Source: Thermodesulfobacteriota bacterium (GTDB lineage: Bacteria; Desulfobacterota_D; UBA1144; Nemesobacterales; UBA2774). Taken from it: a stretch of 64,000 bases of DNA. Below the pieces are notes generated by a model, which saw only the letters and a list, made by a program, of their open reading frames with translations, had not been told where the DNA came from and did not search any database. The stretch covers positions 506,041 through 570,040 of the forward strand of contig OZ244197.1 of assembly GCA_965216785.1 (NCBI GenBank), in the 5' to 3' direction. Made by a program: the position numbers and the translations under genes. Below, in pieces: positions 10,423-20,215 of this stretch (the first letter of the stretch is position 1; the number at the start of each line of letters is the position of its first letter).

Positions 10423-11315
10423 TTTTTATCCCCTACCACCCTTACCTCTGTCTCGAGCTTTATACCCCTTTTTGACAAGGCCTCTTTCTTGGCCGTTTCT
10501 ATGAGACTAAGAACATCCTGCGCGCTCGCGCCCCCGCAGTTAACTATAAAGTTCGCGTGCAGGTCAGAGAACTTAGCCCCGCCGATCCCGTAACCCTTCA
10601 GCCCTAGCTCCTCAAGCAGCCTGCCGGCCGCGATCTCGGGAGGGTTCTTAAATATTGAGCCGGTATTCGTCATAGTAATCGGCTGAGTTTCGTTTCGCTT
10701 CTCCATGTATTGTTTTACGTTTTGCTCGCTCTCCACCTTGTTTCCTTTCTTAAGCGCGAACATGGCTTTTAGTACGACGCTCCCCTTCGGGAGGTGTGCT
10801 TTTCTGTACTCAAATTTTACATCCTTTCTCTTAAACTCAACTTCCTTCCCGTCATGCCAAACCCAAACTGTATCTACGACGTCCTTGATCTCCCCATCGT
10901 TTGCCCCTGCGTTCATGAATACGCCTCCGCCGACCGTACCCGGTATGCCCGCGGCAAACTCAAACCCCGTGAGGCCCGCCCTAACAGTTTTATTTAGTAT
11001 TGTCCCGAGTATAGCGCCGGTTTCCGCAACCACTTTGCAGTTATCGAGGATCTCGATCTTCTTAAGCTTTTTAGTGGACAGTACAGCCCCTGTTATTCCC
11101 CTGTCATAAACTATCGTATTAGAGCCTTCTCCGAGTACAATCCACTTTGTTCCAGAAGAGTGGAGTATGTCGAGCGCCTCTTTAAGCTGGGCGGCGTTAG
11201 CCGGCGTTACCAATAGATCGGCTTGTCCCCCAACACGGAGCCAGGTGTACTTATCCATAGGATATTTACTCTTAACCTCACACCCGATTTTCTCAAGCTT
11301 TGATGCGAGCGTCAC
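10419..11315 (-). CDS. murB: UDP-N-acetylenolpyruvoylglucosamine reductase
   Basis: FAD-binding MurB fold (LRVGGQADLLV..., GSNTIV). 4-nt overlaps with neighbours. Confidence 0.92.
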   Translation of the reverse strand: MTLASKLEKIGCEVKSKYPMDKYTWLRVGGQADLLVTPANAAQLKEALDILHSSGTKWIVLGEGSNTIVYDRGITGAVLSTKKLKKIEILDNCKVVAETGAILGTILNKTVRAGLTGFEFAAGIPGTVGGGVFMNAGANDGEIKDVVDTVWVWHDGKEVEFKRKDVKFEYRKAHLPKGSVVLKAMFALKKGNKVESEQNVKQYMEKRNETQPITMTNTGSIFKNPPEIAAGRLLEELGLKGYGIGGAKFSDLHANFIVNCGGASAQDVLSLIETAKKEALSKRGIKLETEVRVVGDKK

Positions 11316-12679
11316 TTAATCGCCTCCACTATCTCTTCCCCGTAGGTCCAGACGTTCCCGGCGCCGAGCGTCAGCACAGTGTCCCCCGATTCTATTGCTT
11401 CAAGAACAGCCCTCGCAACACTTTGGCTTCCGTTAATATAGGTAACATCCTCATGACCCGACTCTTTAATTGCCTCAAAGAGCCTCTGAGAGCTCACCCC
11501 CTCGATCGGGTCTTCACTCGCAGCGTAAATATCCAGTAAAAATAGCTTGTCCGCCTGCAGAAGAACCTGAACGAATTCATCGAACAGCAGACTTGTACGG
11601 GAATACCTGTGGGGCTGAAACATCACGACAACCCTCCCCGCACCGGTCTCCTTTATCGCCTCTATGGTAACTTCTATTTCCCGTGGGTGATGAGCATAGT
11701 CGTCTACTACCGTTATCCCGCCCGAGCTCCCCTTAATCTCCAGCCTTCTGCCTATCCCTTTAAATTTCGACAGTCCCTCTTTCACATGCTCAAAACTCAT
11801 TCCAAGCTCCATACCTACGGCAATTGCAGCAAGCGCATTCTGAGCAACATGTCTGCCGGGGGAGTGGATTTTAATATTCCCCAATACAGTATCTTCCTGC
11901 ACTACAGTAAACTCGGTCTCAAAGCCGTGAATTTTTACGTCTTGAGCTCTGAGCTCGGCATCCGGGCTAAACCCGTACGTAACTAACCTTTTCTGATAGT
12001 CCTTGGCGATGGAGCTTACCCTCGGGCAGTCCACACATAATACGGACAGGCCGTAGAACGGTATTTTATTCATAAAGGAAGTGAACGTCCCAACCAATTC
12101 CTCCATATCTTTGTAATGATCCATGTGCTCTTCATCTATGTTGGTAAGTACGGAAATTACCGGAGATAAAAGCATAAAAGACCCGTCGCTCTCATCGGCC
12201 TCGACTACCATAAAGCTGCCTTCTCCGAGCCTGGCATTCGTGCCTAGGGTCTGAACCTTGCCTCCGACAACTATAGTCGGGTCGAGCCCCCCGTAGGAGA
12301 GCACAGATTCTATCATCGATGTAGTCGTGGTTTTTCCATGGCTCCCGGCAACTGCGATACCGTATCGGAGCCTCATGAGCTCGGCCAGCATCTGCGCCCT
12401 CGGGATTACTGGGATGCCCAGAGAATGAGCCTCCGCCACCTCGGGGTTGTCCTGTCTCACTGCCGAGGAAATCACAACTACATCAGTGTCACGCACGTTT
12501 TCCGCCTCGTGTCCTATATGGATGCGGGCACCGAGCCCAATGAGCCGCTTTACCGTTTCAGACTCCTTCAGATCAGACCCCGTAACCGTATAGCCCATAT
12601 TGATCAGTACTTCCGCGATGCCGCTCATGCCGATACCGCCAATCCCAACAAAATGTAGACGTTTTATCTTTCCGTACAC
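11312..12679 (-). CDS. murC: UDP-N-acetylmuramate--L-alanine ligase
   Basis: Mur ligase motifs HFVGIGGIGMSGIA and GSHGKTTTTSM. Confidence 0.95.
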   Translation of the reverse strand: MYGKIKRLHFVGIGGIGMSGIAEVLINMGYTVTGSDLKESETVKRLIGLGARIHIGHEAENVRDTDVVVISSAVRQDNPEVAEAHSLGIPVIPRAQMLAELMRLRYGIAVAGSHGKTTTTSMIESVLSYGGLDPTIVVGGKVQTLGTNARLGEGSFMVVEADESDGSFMLLSPVISVLTNIDEEHMDHYKDMEELVGTFTSFMNKIPFYGLSVLCVDCPRVSSIAKDYQKRLVTYGFSPDAELRAQDVKIHGFETEFTVVQEDTVLGNIKIHSPGRHVAQNALAAIAVGMELGMSFEHVKEGLSKFKGIGRRLEIKGSSGGITVVDDYAHHPREIEVTIEAIKETGAGRVVVMFQPHRYSRTSLLFDEFVQVLLQADKLFLLDIYAASEDPIEGVSSQRLFEAIKESGHEDVTYINGSQSVARAVLEAIESGDTVLTLGAGNVWTYGEEIVEAIK

Positions 12680-13749
12680 CAGTTCACTCCGCTAAGTTTA
12701 TATATTTCGTCAACAATGTGAGGCGCGGCTCCGGGTTTTCCAAGCGCGCGCGATCTCACTGCCATTTCTTCCAGTTTGTTTTTATCCTTTAAAACTTGAA
12801 GCGCTTGAGCCAGATTTTCCGGCGTCGCCTCTTTATCTTCTATCAGTAACGCCGCCCCCGAAGCTTCTAGAGCCTTTGCATTCTCGAGCTGATGGTTATG
12901 CGTCGCATACGGAAACGGTATTAACAGCGAGGGCTTTCCAAGCGCCGTAATCTCTGCAACGGTTCCTGCGCCGGCTCTTCCTATCACAAAATCACTCCTC
13001 GCATACGCTGTGGCCATATCGTCTATAAACGTAAGAACCTCAGCGCTGATATTGTTCTTATTGTAGAAATCCTGAACATCCTTAAGATCATTTTCGCCTG
13101 TTTGATGAATCACATGGAGACCACTGATTCCGCTCCGGGATAGCGCTTCGGGAACCGAGCTGTTAAGCCTCTTCGCTCCCTGGCTTCCTCCGAACACAAG
13201 ACATACAAACGAGCGCCCCTGCTCCTTTTCGCCTTTGTAAGTCAAAATGTCTTTTCTGACAGGATTTCCTGTAACAACTATTTTATCTTTATCGAAAAAT
13301 TTTTCACACCCTTCAAACGTGCTGAATATCTTTTTTGCAAATTTACTCAAGATGCGGTTAGTAACCCCGGGCACGGAATTCTGCTCGCAAACGGCAGTCG
13401 GCAGCCTCAATATCGAGGCTGACAGCACTACAGGACCTGACACATATCCACCTACGCCGAGTACTACATCTGGTTTGAAGCTCCGAATAACCGAAACTGA
13501 CTCGACAATGCCGACAGCTGCTGAAAAAACTCCGGAAACCCTTTTAAATATTCCTTTTCCCACAATACCACCCGAACTAATATGTTTTATCTCATAACCC
13601 CTCTGAGCGACCAATTTATTTTCCAATCCGCTCCTTGTTCCCACAAATAAAACCTCATTCCCAGGGTCCCTATTTAATATCTCCTCGGCAATAGAGATTG
13701 CCGGGAACACGTGGCCCCCGGTGCCTCCGCCTGCAATTATGACCTTCAT
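12664..13749 (-). CDS. murG: Undecaprenyldiphospho-muramoylpentapeptide beta-N-acetylglucosaminyltransferase
   Basis: GT28 family, MKVIIAGGGTGGHVFPAISIAEE N-terminus. Confidence 0.95.
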   Translation of the reverse strand: MKVIIAGGGTGGHVFPAISIAEEILNRDPGNEVLFVGTRSGLENKLVAQRGYEIKHISSGGIVGKGIFKRVSGVFSAAVGIVESVSVIRSFKPDVVLGVGGYVSGPVVLSASILRLPTAVCEQNSVPGVTNRILSKFAKKIFSTFEGCEKFFDKDKIVVTGNPVRKDILTYKGEKEQGRSFVCLVFGGSQGAKRLNSSVPEALSRSGISGLHVIHQTGENDLKDVQDFYNKNNISAEVLTFIDDMATAYARSDFVIGRAGAGTVAEITALGKPSLLIPFPYATHNHQLENAKALEASGAALLIEDKEATPENLAQALQVLKDKNKLEEMAVRSRALGKPGAAPHIVDEIYKLSGVNWCTER

Positions 13750-14891
13750 TTTATTCCTGATCTAGATACGTTGAGTATTATTCCTACAGCCGCAAGTGTG
13801 GTTACAAGTGAGGTGCCGCCATAGCTAATGAACGGTAGTGTGAGACCTTTAGTGGGGAAAAGTCCGACAGCGACAGCCATGTTAATACCGGCCTGAAGAG
13901 TGATCAGCATAATACAGCCAAATACTAAATAGCATCCGAAAAGATCCGGCGCCCTGAGAGACACCCTCAAACTTCTAATCAATAGAACAGCAAATCCGAT
14001 TATTACTAGCACTATGCCTATGAAGCCAAGCTCTTCACCAATTATGGAGAAAATAAAATCCGTATGCGCCTGAGGAAGGAAGAAGAGCTTCTGAGTACTG
14101 TCCCCGAGCCCGGCGCCGTAGATGCCGCCCATAGCGAAAGCGATGAACGATTGTATAGCCTGATAACCCGATCCCAGCGGGTCCTGCCAAGGGTCGAGGA
14201 ACGAGGTTACCCTCTTCATCCTATAACCCTTCGTTACGACCGCGAGTACCATGAATATTATCGAAACAAGCCCTACGGGGATCATGTACTTTAATTTCAC
14301 ATCGCCAATGAACATCATACCGAATAACACCACCAGCACAGTGGTTGCCGTGCCGAAATCGGGCTCTAAAAGTATTAAGACTATATACACTCCCGCAATC
14401 ATTATGTGGGAGGCGAATCCGACTACGAAATTATCCAGTTTATCCCGCTTTTTTGTAAGGGAATGTGCTAGATACAGAACTAATATATACTTTGCGATTT
14501 CTGAAGGTTGGAAGGTGAATATACCTAGATCAATCCATCTCTGCGCTCCGCCCACCTGCTTTCCGATCCCAGGCACCAGGACGAGCACCAGCATCACTAG
14601 CCCCACAAGGTATGCGGGGTAGACAAGCTTTCTTAAGTGTCTGTAATCAAATAACATCAGCAAAACCATTGAGGTTAAACCCATTAAGAGATAAATGCCG
14701 TGACGCTTCAGAAAGTAGTGGGTATCCCCGTACATCTCAAGCGAATATACGGAGCTTGTGCTGTAAACCATCAGCACGCCCATCGAAGTCAGAAATAGAG
14801 CGGACAGGACAACGCCTATGTCGTAACTGTTTCCCTCAACTGTATCGAATATTTTCAACAATTTCCTTGAATCTCCTTCCTCTGTCTTCAT
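13746..14891 (-). CDS. ftsW: Peptidoglycan glycosyltransferase FtsW (SEDS family); start uncertain, the track ORF extends to 15032
   Basis: Multi-TM SEDS protein. The longest ORF overlaps murD by about 200 nt. The internal ATG at 14889-14891 (MKTEEGDSRK...) reduces the overlap to 56 nt and is more plausible. Confidence 0.85.
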   Translation of the reverse strand: MKTEEGDSRKLLKIFDTVEGNSYDIGVVLSALFLTSMGVLMVYSTSSVYSLEMYGDTHYFLKRHGIYLLMGLTSMVLLMLFDYRHLRKLVYPAYLVGLVMLVLVLVPGIGKQVGGAQRWIDLGIFTFQPSEIAKYILVLYLAHSLTKKRDKLDNFVVGFASHIMIAGVYIVLILLEPDFGTATTVLVVLFGMMFIGDVKLKYMIPVGLVSIIFMVLAVVTKGYRMKRVTSFLDPWQDPLGSGYQAIQSFIAFAMGGIYGAGLGDSTQKLFFLPQAHTDFIFSIIGEELGFIGIVLVIIGFAVLLIRSLRVSLRAPDLFGCYLVFGCIMLITLQAGINMAVAVGLFPTKGLTLPFISYGGTSLVTTLAAVGIILNVSRSGIK

Positions 14892-16173
14892 ATGATTTAA
14901 ACATATCAAAACTCGAGCAAGCGGGTGAAAAAAGTACCGAGTCCCGGGGTTCCATATTATCCAGCGCGCTTTGCACCGCACCTTTAAGTGAATCTGAAAG
15001 TATGGACCTGACACTCCCGCCAAGCTCTTCACTCATCCTTTGCCTTGCCTCTCCGATTAATACCAGCACTTTTACCTTTTCATTGACTATGTTTTTTAGC
15101 GCATCATAGCTTACTCCCTTGTCCTTTCCGCCCGCGATCAGGATCACTGGAGCCTTTGTGCTCTCAAGCGCGCTCAGCGTAGCGCCCGGGCTCGTGGATT
15201 TAGAGTCGTTATAGAAGTAAGCCCCCCTGATCTCCCCCAGATACTCGTTTCTATGGGGAAGCGGGTCAAACTCGATTACCGCCTTTCTTATTTGCGCGGG
15301 CTCACAGCCAAGAGCGCTCGCCCCTGCTATAGCCGCCATAATATTGTCTATGTTATGGCGTCCTCTGAGCTTCATCCCGCTTAACTCATACATCTCACTG
15401 CCGTAGCGGACACAGCACCCGTTATACGATACAGCGTTTTCAGATAGAGCGTCACCGAAGGGGATTTTTGTTGCACTCACCTGGGATAAGCGTTTATTTA
15501 TCTCCTCGTCATCCGACTTGTAGATAAATATGTCGTCGCTCCCCTGGTTCGCAGCGATCTTCATTTTTGACTCTATGTACTCAGTGTAGCTTTCGTGATG
15601 GTCCAGGTGGTTTGGGGAGATATTGAGAACTACCGCTATATCCGGCCTGAACTCCGATACCCCCTGGAGCTGAAAACTGCTGAGCTCTAGCACCAATACG
15701 TCGTACTCGCTGTCTTTGCCCGCGATAGTTATTAGCGGAGTGCCTATATTCGCGCCCAGAAAAACTTTTTTTCCGCATGTTTTTAGTATCTCTGAAATCA
15801 GAGTGCAGGTAGTCGTCTTGCCGTTAGATCCGGTAACGGCAATTATGGGTTTGGTAATAAACCTTGACGCAAGCTCCACTTCGCTTATAACCTCGATCTC
15901 TTCCTCGATAGCTCTTTTGACCTCTGGGGTCGCAAAAGGAACTCCGGGGCTCAGCACAATAAGCTCAGGCCACAAAAAGCTCTCGACCGTGTGCCCGCCG
16001 GACTCTACCTCTATAGCCCTAGCGCCAAGCATTTCGATCTCGTTTACCAGCTTTTCAGGAGGCGACATATCGCTCACCCTGACTTGGGCGCCTCTTTCCC
16101 GCAAAAAGAGCGCAGTTTCCAAACCTGTTTTTCCAAGTCCGACAACAAGTACTTTTTTATCTTTCAAGTCCAT
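14836..16173 (-). CDS. murD: UDP-N-acetylmuramoylalanine--D-glutamate ligase
   Basis: VLVVGLGKTGLETALFL N-terminus and GSNGKTTT P-loop. Confidence 0.95.
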   Translation of the reverse strand: MDLKDKKVLVVGLGKTGLETALFLRERGAQVRVSDMSPPEKLVNEIEMLGARAIEVESGGHTVESFLWPELIVLSPGVPFATPEVKRAIEEEIEVISEVELASRFITKPIIAVTGSNGKTTTCTLISEILKTCGKKVFLGANIGTPLITIAGKDSEYDVLVLELSSFQLQGVSEFRPDIAVVLNISPNHLDHHESYTEYIESKMKIAANQGSDDIFIYKSDDEEINKRLSQVSATKIPFGDALSENAVSYNGCCVRYGSEMYELSGMKLRGRHNIDNIMAAIAGASALGCEPAQIRKAVIEFDPLPHRNEYLGEIRGAYFYNDSKSTSPGATLSALESTKAPVILIAGGKDKGVSYDALKNIVNEKVKVLVLIGEARQRMSEELGGSVRSILSDSLKGAVQSALDNMEPRDSVLFSPACSSFDMFKSYEDRGRRFKEIVENIRYS

Positions 16174-16217
16174 ATTAAATCCCTGTTACTATCACAGCAA
16201 TGCCATAGTCCGAAAAG

Positions 16218-17327
16218 CTATCTCAATTTAAGCGTCGAAAGCGCGCAGAGCGCCAGTACAAGCGACACAATCCAAAACCTTATTACAACTTTTGATTCAG
16301 ACCACCCGCTAAGCTCGAAATGATGGTGAAGAGGGGCCATCTTAAATACCCTTTTCCCTGTGAGCTTGAATGAAATAACCTGGATTATCACTGACATCGC
16401 TTCGAGTACAAATATTCCTCCTACAATAATAAGTAGAAGCTCCTGTTTTATTATAAGCGCCACCGAGCCTATTGCCGCCCCGAGCGCGAGAGATCCCACG
16501 TCCCCCATAAATACCTCAGCCGGGTGAGAGTTGTACCACAGAAACCCAAGACACGCGCCGCCGACAGCGGCCATAAACACGGCTAGTTCCCCTGCCCCCT
16601 GAATGTTAGGTATCTGCAGGTATCTAGAAAACACCACGTTCCCGGCAAGATAAGCGAAAATAATATATGTAGCCGCCGCGACAGCTATAGAGCCTATCGC
16701 GAGACCGTCCAAGCCGTCGGTCAGGTTGACGCCGTTTGACGCGCCCACTACTACTATTAATGCGAAGACTACATAGAGCCAGCCCATGTGAATCACAGCC
16801 TGTTTGAAGAACGGCAATACAACAGAAGTAAACGGCAGGTTCTGAACCTTCTCCGCGCTCACAGCCATAGAGAAGCCATTCATGTAGCTTACGACCAGAA
16901 GTACGAAAAGGAAGCCGAACACAAGCTGGAGCGATAATTTTAAGCGTCCGCTCATTCCCTTTCCTTTGGAAAATTTTAGCCAGTCGTCTATAAATCCGAT
17001 AAGAGCGTAGCTAAGCGTGAACAGAAGAACGTACCAGATTACGAGACTTGTAAGATTAACCCAGAGTAATGTTGATACTAATACCGCCACCACTATAAAG
17101 GCCCCGCCCATCGTGGGAGTACCGGCTTTCGAATGGTGGCTTTCAGGGCCGTCGTCCCTTATGCTTTCTTTAAACTGTCTCTTTTGTAGAAACCTTATAA
17201 ATACCCCGCCCAAAATTATGCTTATAAGAAACGCCGTTACACCAGCCCCTAGCGAGCGGAAAGTAATGTATTTAAACACATTGAAGAGAATAAAGTCTCC
17301 TTTATATAGATAAAGAAGATGTAACAT
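16218..17327 (-). CDS. mraY: Phospho-N-acetylmuramoyl-pentapeptide transferase
   Basis: 10-TM protein with MraY signature KxGTPTMGG and DDxxK. Confidence 0.95.
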   Translation of the reverse strand: MLHLLYLYKGDFILFNVFKYITFRSLGAGVTAFLISIILGGVFIRFLQKRQFKESIRDDGPESHHSKAGTPTMGGAFIVVAVLVSTLLWVNLTSLVIWYVLLFTLSYALIGFIDDWLKFSKGKGMSGRLKLSLQLVFGFLFVLLVVSYMNGFSMAVSAEKVQNLPFTSVVLPFFKQAVIHMGWLYVVFALIVVVGASNGVNLTDGLDGLAIGSIAVAAATYIIFAYLAGNVVFSRYLQIPNIQGAGELAVFMAAVGGACLGFLWYNSHPAEVFMGDVGSLALGAAIGSVALIIKQELLLIIVGGIFVLEAMSVIIQVISFKLTGKRVFKMAPLHHHFELSGWSESKVVIRFWIVSLVLALCALSTLKLR

Positions 17328-17341
17328 CCAGTAAGCGCTCC

Positions 17342-18703
17342 TTAACTCAATTTTTTAATTACTTCTTCCATCCGCATGCCGCGCGATCCCTTAACCAACA
17401 CCAAATCGCCCTCGCACGCATAACTTGTAAGAGCAGACGCTGCTTCTTCGTGAGTGGCCGCGTGTACGCCCTCGGTCCCGTTTGAAAGCGAGTCCAGCAC
17501 GGCGGCTCCGAAATTACCGTATGTGATTACGTAATCTACTCCTGCTGAAGATAGGTACTCCCCTATCCCTTTGTGCTCGGACAGAGCGGCTTCGCCAAGC
17601 TCAAGCATATCACCTACTACTGCTACCGCTCGACCGCCGCCTTTCAGGCGCATTAGCTCATCTATAGCCTTTCTCATGGAGTCGGGATTTGCATTGTAAG
17701 CGTCATTTATGACCTTAAAACCCTGCGGCACGTCGCTCACCTCGAGCCTCTGTTGCACGGGCCTGAACTTCTCGAGGCCCTCTCTAATCTCATCAGCCAT
17801 GCATCCAAGCCCATAGGCAATCCCCGCTGCGCACAGAGCGTTCATAACGTTGTGAACTCCGATGGTGTGAAGTGTGACGGGAAATCCCTCACCCGCGATG
17901 CTCATATAGAATTTAATTCCGGTGAAGCCCTTTTCCTCTATCGAGTCTCCCGTGATAAATGAGCCTTTGGACTCTATACCGTATGTAATTTTTCGGCAGT
18001 CCGCTTCATCGGCTATATGCTGCACCCTATCATCATCTGCGTTCACGACAAATACACTGTTCTTACCAAACCCCTCGACTATCTCCGCCTTTGCTTTAGC
18101 CACCCCTTCTATACCGCCGAGTTTTTCCAGGTGAGCCCTACCAATATTTGTTATGGCCCCCACATCAGGCCGCGCGATCTGAGACAGCCTACTTATCTCA
18201 CCGAACTCGTTCATACCAAGCTCGACTACAGCCATCTCATAACTATCGTCAAGTTCAAGAAGCGTCAGCGGAAGTCCGATAAGATTATTAAAATTACCCG
18301 TATTCTTAAGAGTTCTATAATTTTGCGACACTATACTCCATGTCATTTCTTTCGTGGTAGTTTTTCCGTTTGAGCCCGTAATTGCGGCAAGCTCTATATC
18401 GCTCAACGAGCTTCTCCAATTCATGGCAAGGTCACCGAGCGCTCCTAGGGTAGATCCGACCTGCACCAGTCTTGCGTTTTGTATTAAGTTCTCCGGGACC
18501 CTCTCCACAACCGCGGCTGACGCACCTTTTTGGAAAGCCTCTTCGATAAATTTGTGCCCGTCAAAGTTCTCACCCCTAAGGGCAAAAAACACATCACCCG
18601 GGCTTATAGTCCTGGAATCGGTTGAAACGCCCTTTACTGATCCCGCGTCCTCGCCAGAGACAAGCTTGCCCTTTGTTGCTTTGAGTAAAAAGCTAAGCTC
18701 CAA
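17342..18703 (-). CDS. murF: UDP-N-acetylmuramoyl-tripeptide--D-alanyl-D-alanine ligase
   Basis: Mur ligase, AITGSNGKTTTKEM. Confidence 0.93.
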   Translation of the reverse strand: MELSFLLKATKGKLVSGEDAGSVKGVSTDSRTISPGDVFFALRGENFDGHKFIEEAFQKGASAAVVERVPENLIQNARLVQVGSTLGALGDLAMNWRSSLSDIELAAITGSNGKTTTKEMTWSIVSQNYRTLKNTGNFNNLIGLPLTLLELDDSYEMAVVELGMNEFGEISRLSQIARPDVGAITNIGRAHLEKLGGIEGVAKAKAEIVEGFGKNSVFVVNADDDRVQHIADEADCRKITYGIESKGSFITGDSIEEKGFTGIKFYMSIAGEGFPVTLHTIGVHNVMNALCAAGIAYGLGCMADEIREGLEKFRPVQQRLEVSDVPQGFKVINDAYNANPDSMRKAIDELMRLKGGGRAVAVVGDMLELGEAALSEHKGIGEYLSSAGVDYVITYGNFGAAVLDSLSNGTEGVHAATHEEAASALTSYACEGDLVLVKGSRGMRMEEVIKKLS

Positions 18704-18724
18704 AACTACCTCCGTAATTACAAT

Positions 18725-20215
18725 CTAATTAGCTCGATCCCTTAGCGCATCGCCCGCGATAATCCTGTCGTCAAAGGGATATTTTTTCGTTCCTAAAATC
18801 TGATAATCCTCGTGCCCCTTTCCGGCAATGAGCACGGTGTCACCTTTCCGTGCAACGCTAATCGCACGAAGGATCGCCTCTTTTCTATCCGAAACCCTGA
18901 AGTAAGGTTTCTCTCTACCTGCGCCTTCAAGCACTCCCTCTTCAATATCGTCTATTATCTTTTCCGGAGATTCGGTACGGGGGTTATCGGATGTCACTAA
19001 TAGAATGTCTGAAAGCTCTTTACCAATCAATCCCATTTTAGGACGTTTTGTTCTGTCTCTGTCACCGCCGCAGCCGAATACCAGTATAAGATTTCCCGAG
19101 GTCAGAGGTCTTGCCGCCCTGAGCACGTTTTCAAGCGCATCAGGCGTGTGCGCATAGTCTACCAGCACTTTTATTCCCAGCGTGTTTTCCAGGCTCTCCA
19201 AACGCCCCGGTATCACTTCCGCACCCGATAGCCCTTTCTCGATGCTATCTATAGAGGTGCCAAGGGATATGGCCGTAGCTGTAGCCGCGAGTAAATTTGA
19301 GAGGTTGTGGGCCCCGTATAGCTTAGAATTAATATTCAGCGTGCCGGCAGGTGTTTTCACCCGGGCGGAAATACCTCTTTCTGTAATCTCCGAGCTCTCG
19401 GCATACACTGAAGCGCTTTGGTCGTCGGCAGAATACGTTACCACTTCTCCCGCTGCGTCTTTTATTATGTCATCCCCGTATGGATCATCAAGATTTATTA
19501 TGGAGAACTTTCTTTCCTTCTCGCTTGCTTTCAGAATATCCGTAAATAGAGCCTTCTTTGAATTTAAATAGTTCTCGATGGTCCCATGATAGTCCAAGTG
19601 GTCCTGGGTCAGATTAGTGAATACGGCTGCATCAAAATGGCACCCCAGAACTCTTTTTTTATCAAGAGCGTGCGAAGAGACTTCCATCGCCGCAATCTCT
19701 ACTCCTGAATCTCTCATTTCTCTAAACATCCTCATTAAATCCAAAGACTCGGGCGTTGTCATAAGCGATTCCGTTTTATTTTCGCCGTAGCGGTAATCAA
19801 TGGTACCCAAAACCGCAGAGTTAAGCCTGTCTTGTCTCCATATGGACTCGAGCAGATAAGTAATGGTAGTTTTTCCGTTTGTGCCGGTAATTCCAACAAG
19901 CGAGAGCTCTTTTGTGGGGTGAGCGTAGAAATTAGCCGAAACACCCGCAAGCGCCGCTCTTGAGTCCGGAACCTCTATTACTGTCACTCCCTTATATACC
20001 GATTCGGGAGCCCTTTCGACCATTAGTGCCGAAGCGCCGTTTGCAACAGCGGATTCTATGTACTTATGGCCGTCTGTCTTCTCACCAATTAGTGCGACAA
20101 ATAAAAATTCTTTCTCTACTTTATTCGAATCAATTGATATACCGCTAATATTTATTTCGCCCGTGCCTGTGCGTTTAGTTACCTGGATTCTTTCTAATAA
20201 ATCACTCAGAATCAT
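18725..20215 (-). CDS. murE: UDP-N-acetylmuramoyl-L-alanyl-D-glutamate--2,6-diaminopimelate ligase
   Basis: Mur ligase, GITGTNGKTTITYL and DYAHTPDALENVL. Confidence 0.93.
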   Translation of the reverse strand: MILSDLLERIQVTKRTGTGEINISGISIDSNKVEKEFLFVALIGEKTDGHKYIESAVANGASALMVERAPESVYKGVTVIEVPDSRAALAGVSANFYAHPTKELSLVGITGTNGKTTITYLLESIWRQDRLNSAVLGTIDYRYGENKTESLMTTPESLDLMRMFREMRDSGVEIAAMEVSSHALDKKRVLGCHFDAAVFTNLTQDHLDYHGTIENYLNSKKALFTDILKASEKERKFSIINLDDPYGDDIIKDAAGEVVTYSADDQSASVYAESSEITERGISARVKTPAGTLNINSKLYGAHNLSNLLAATATAISLGTSIDSIEKGLSGAEVIPGRLESLENTLGIKVLVDYAHTPDALENVLRAARPLTSGNLILVFGCGGDRDRTKRPKMGLIGKELSDILLVTSDNPRTESPEKIIDDIEEGVLEGAGREKPYFRVSDRKEAILRAISVARKGDTVLIAGKGHEDYQILGTKKYPFDDRIIAGDALRDRAN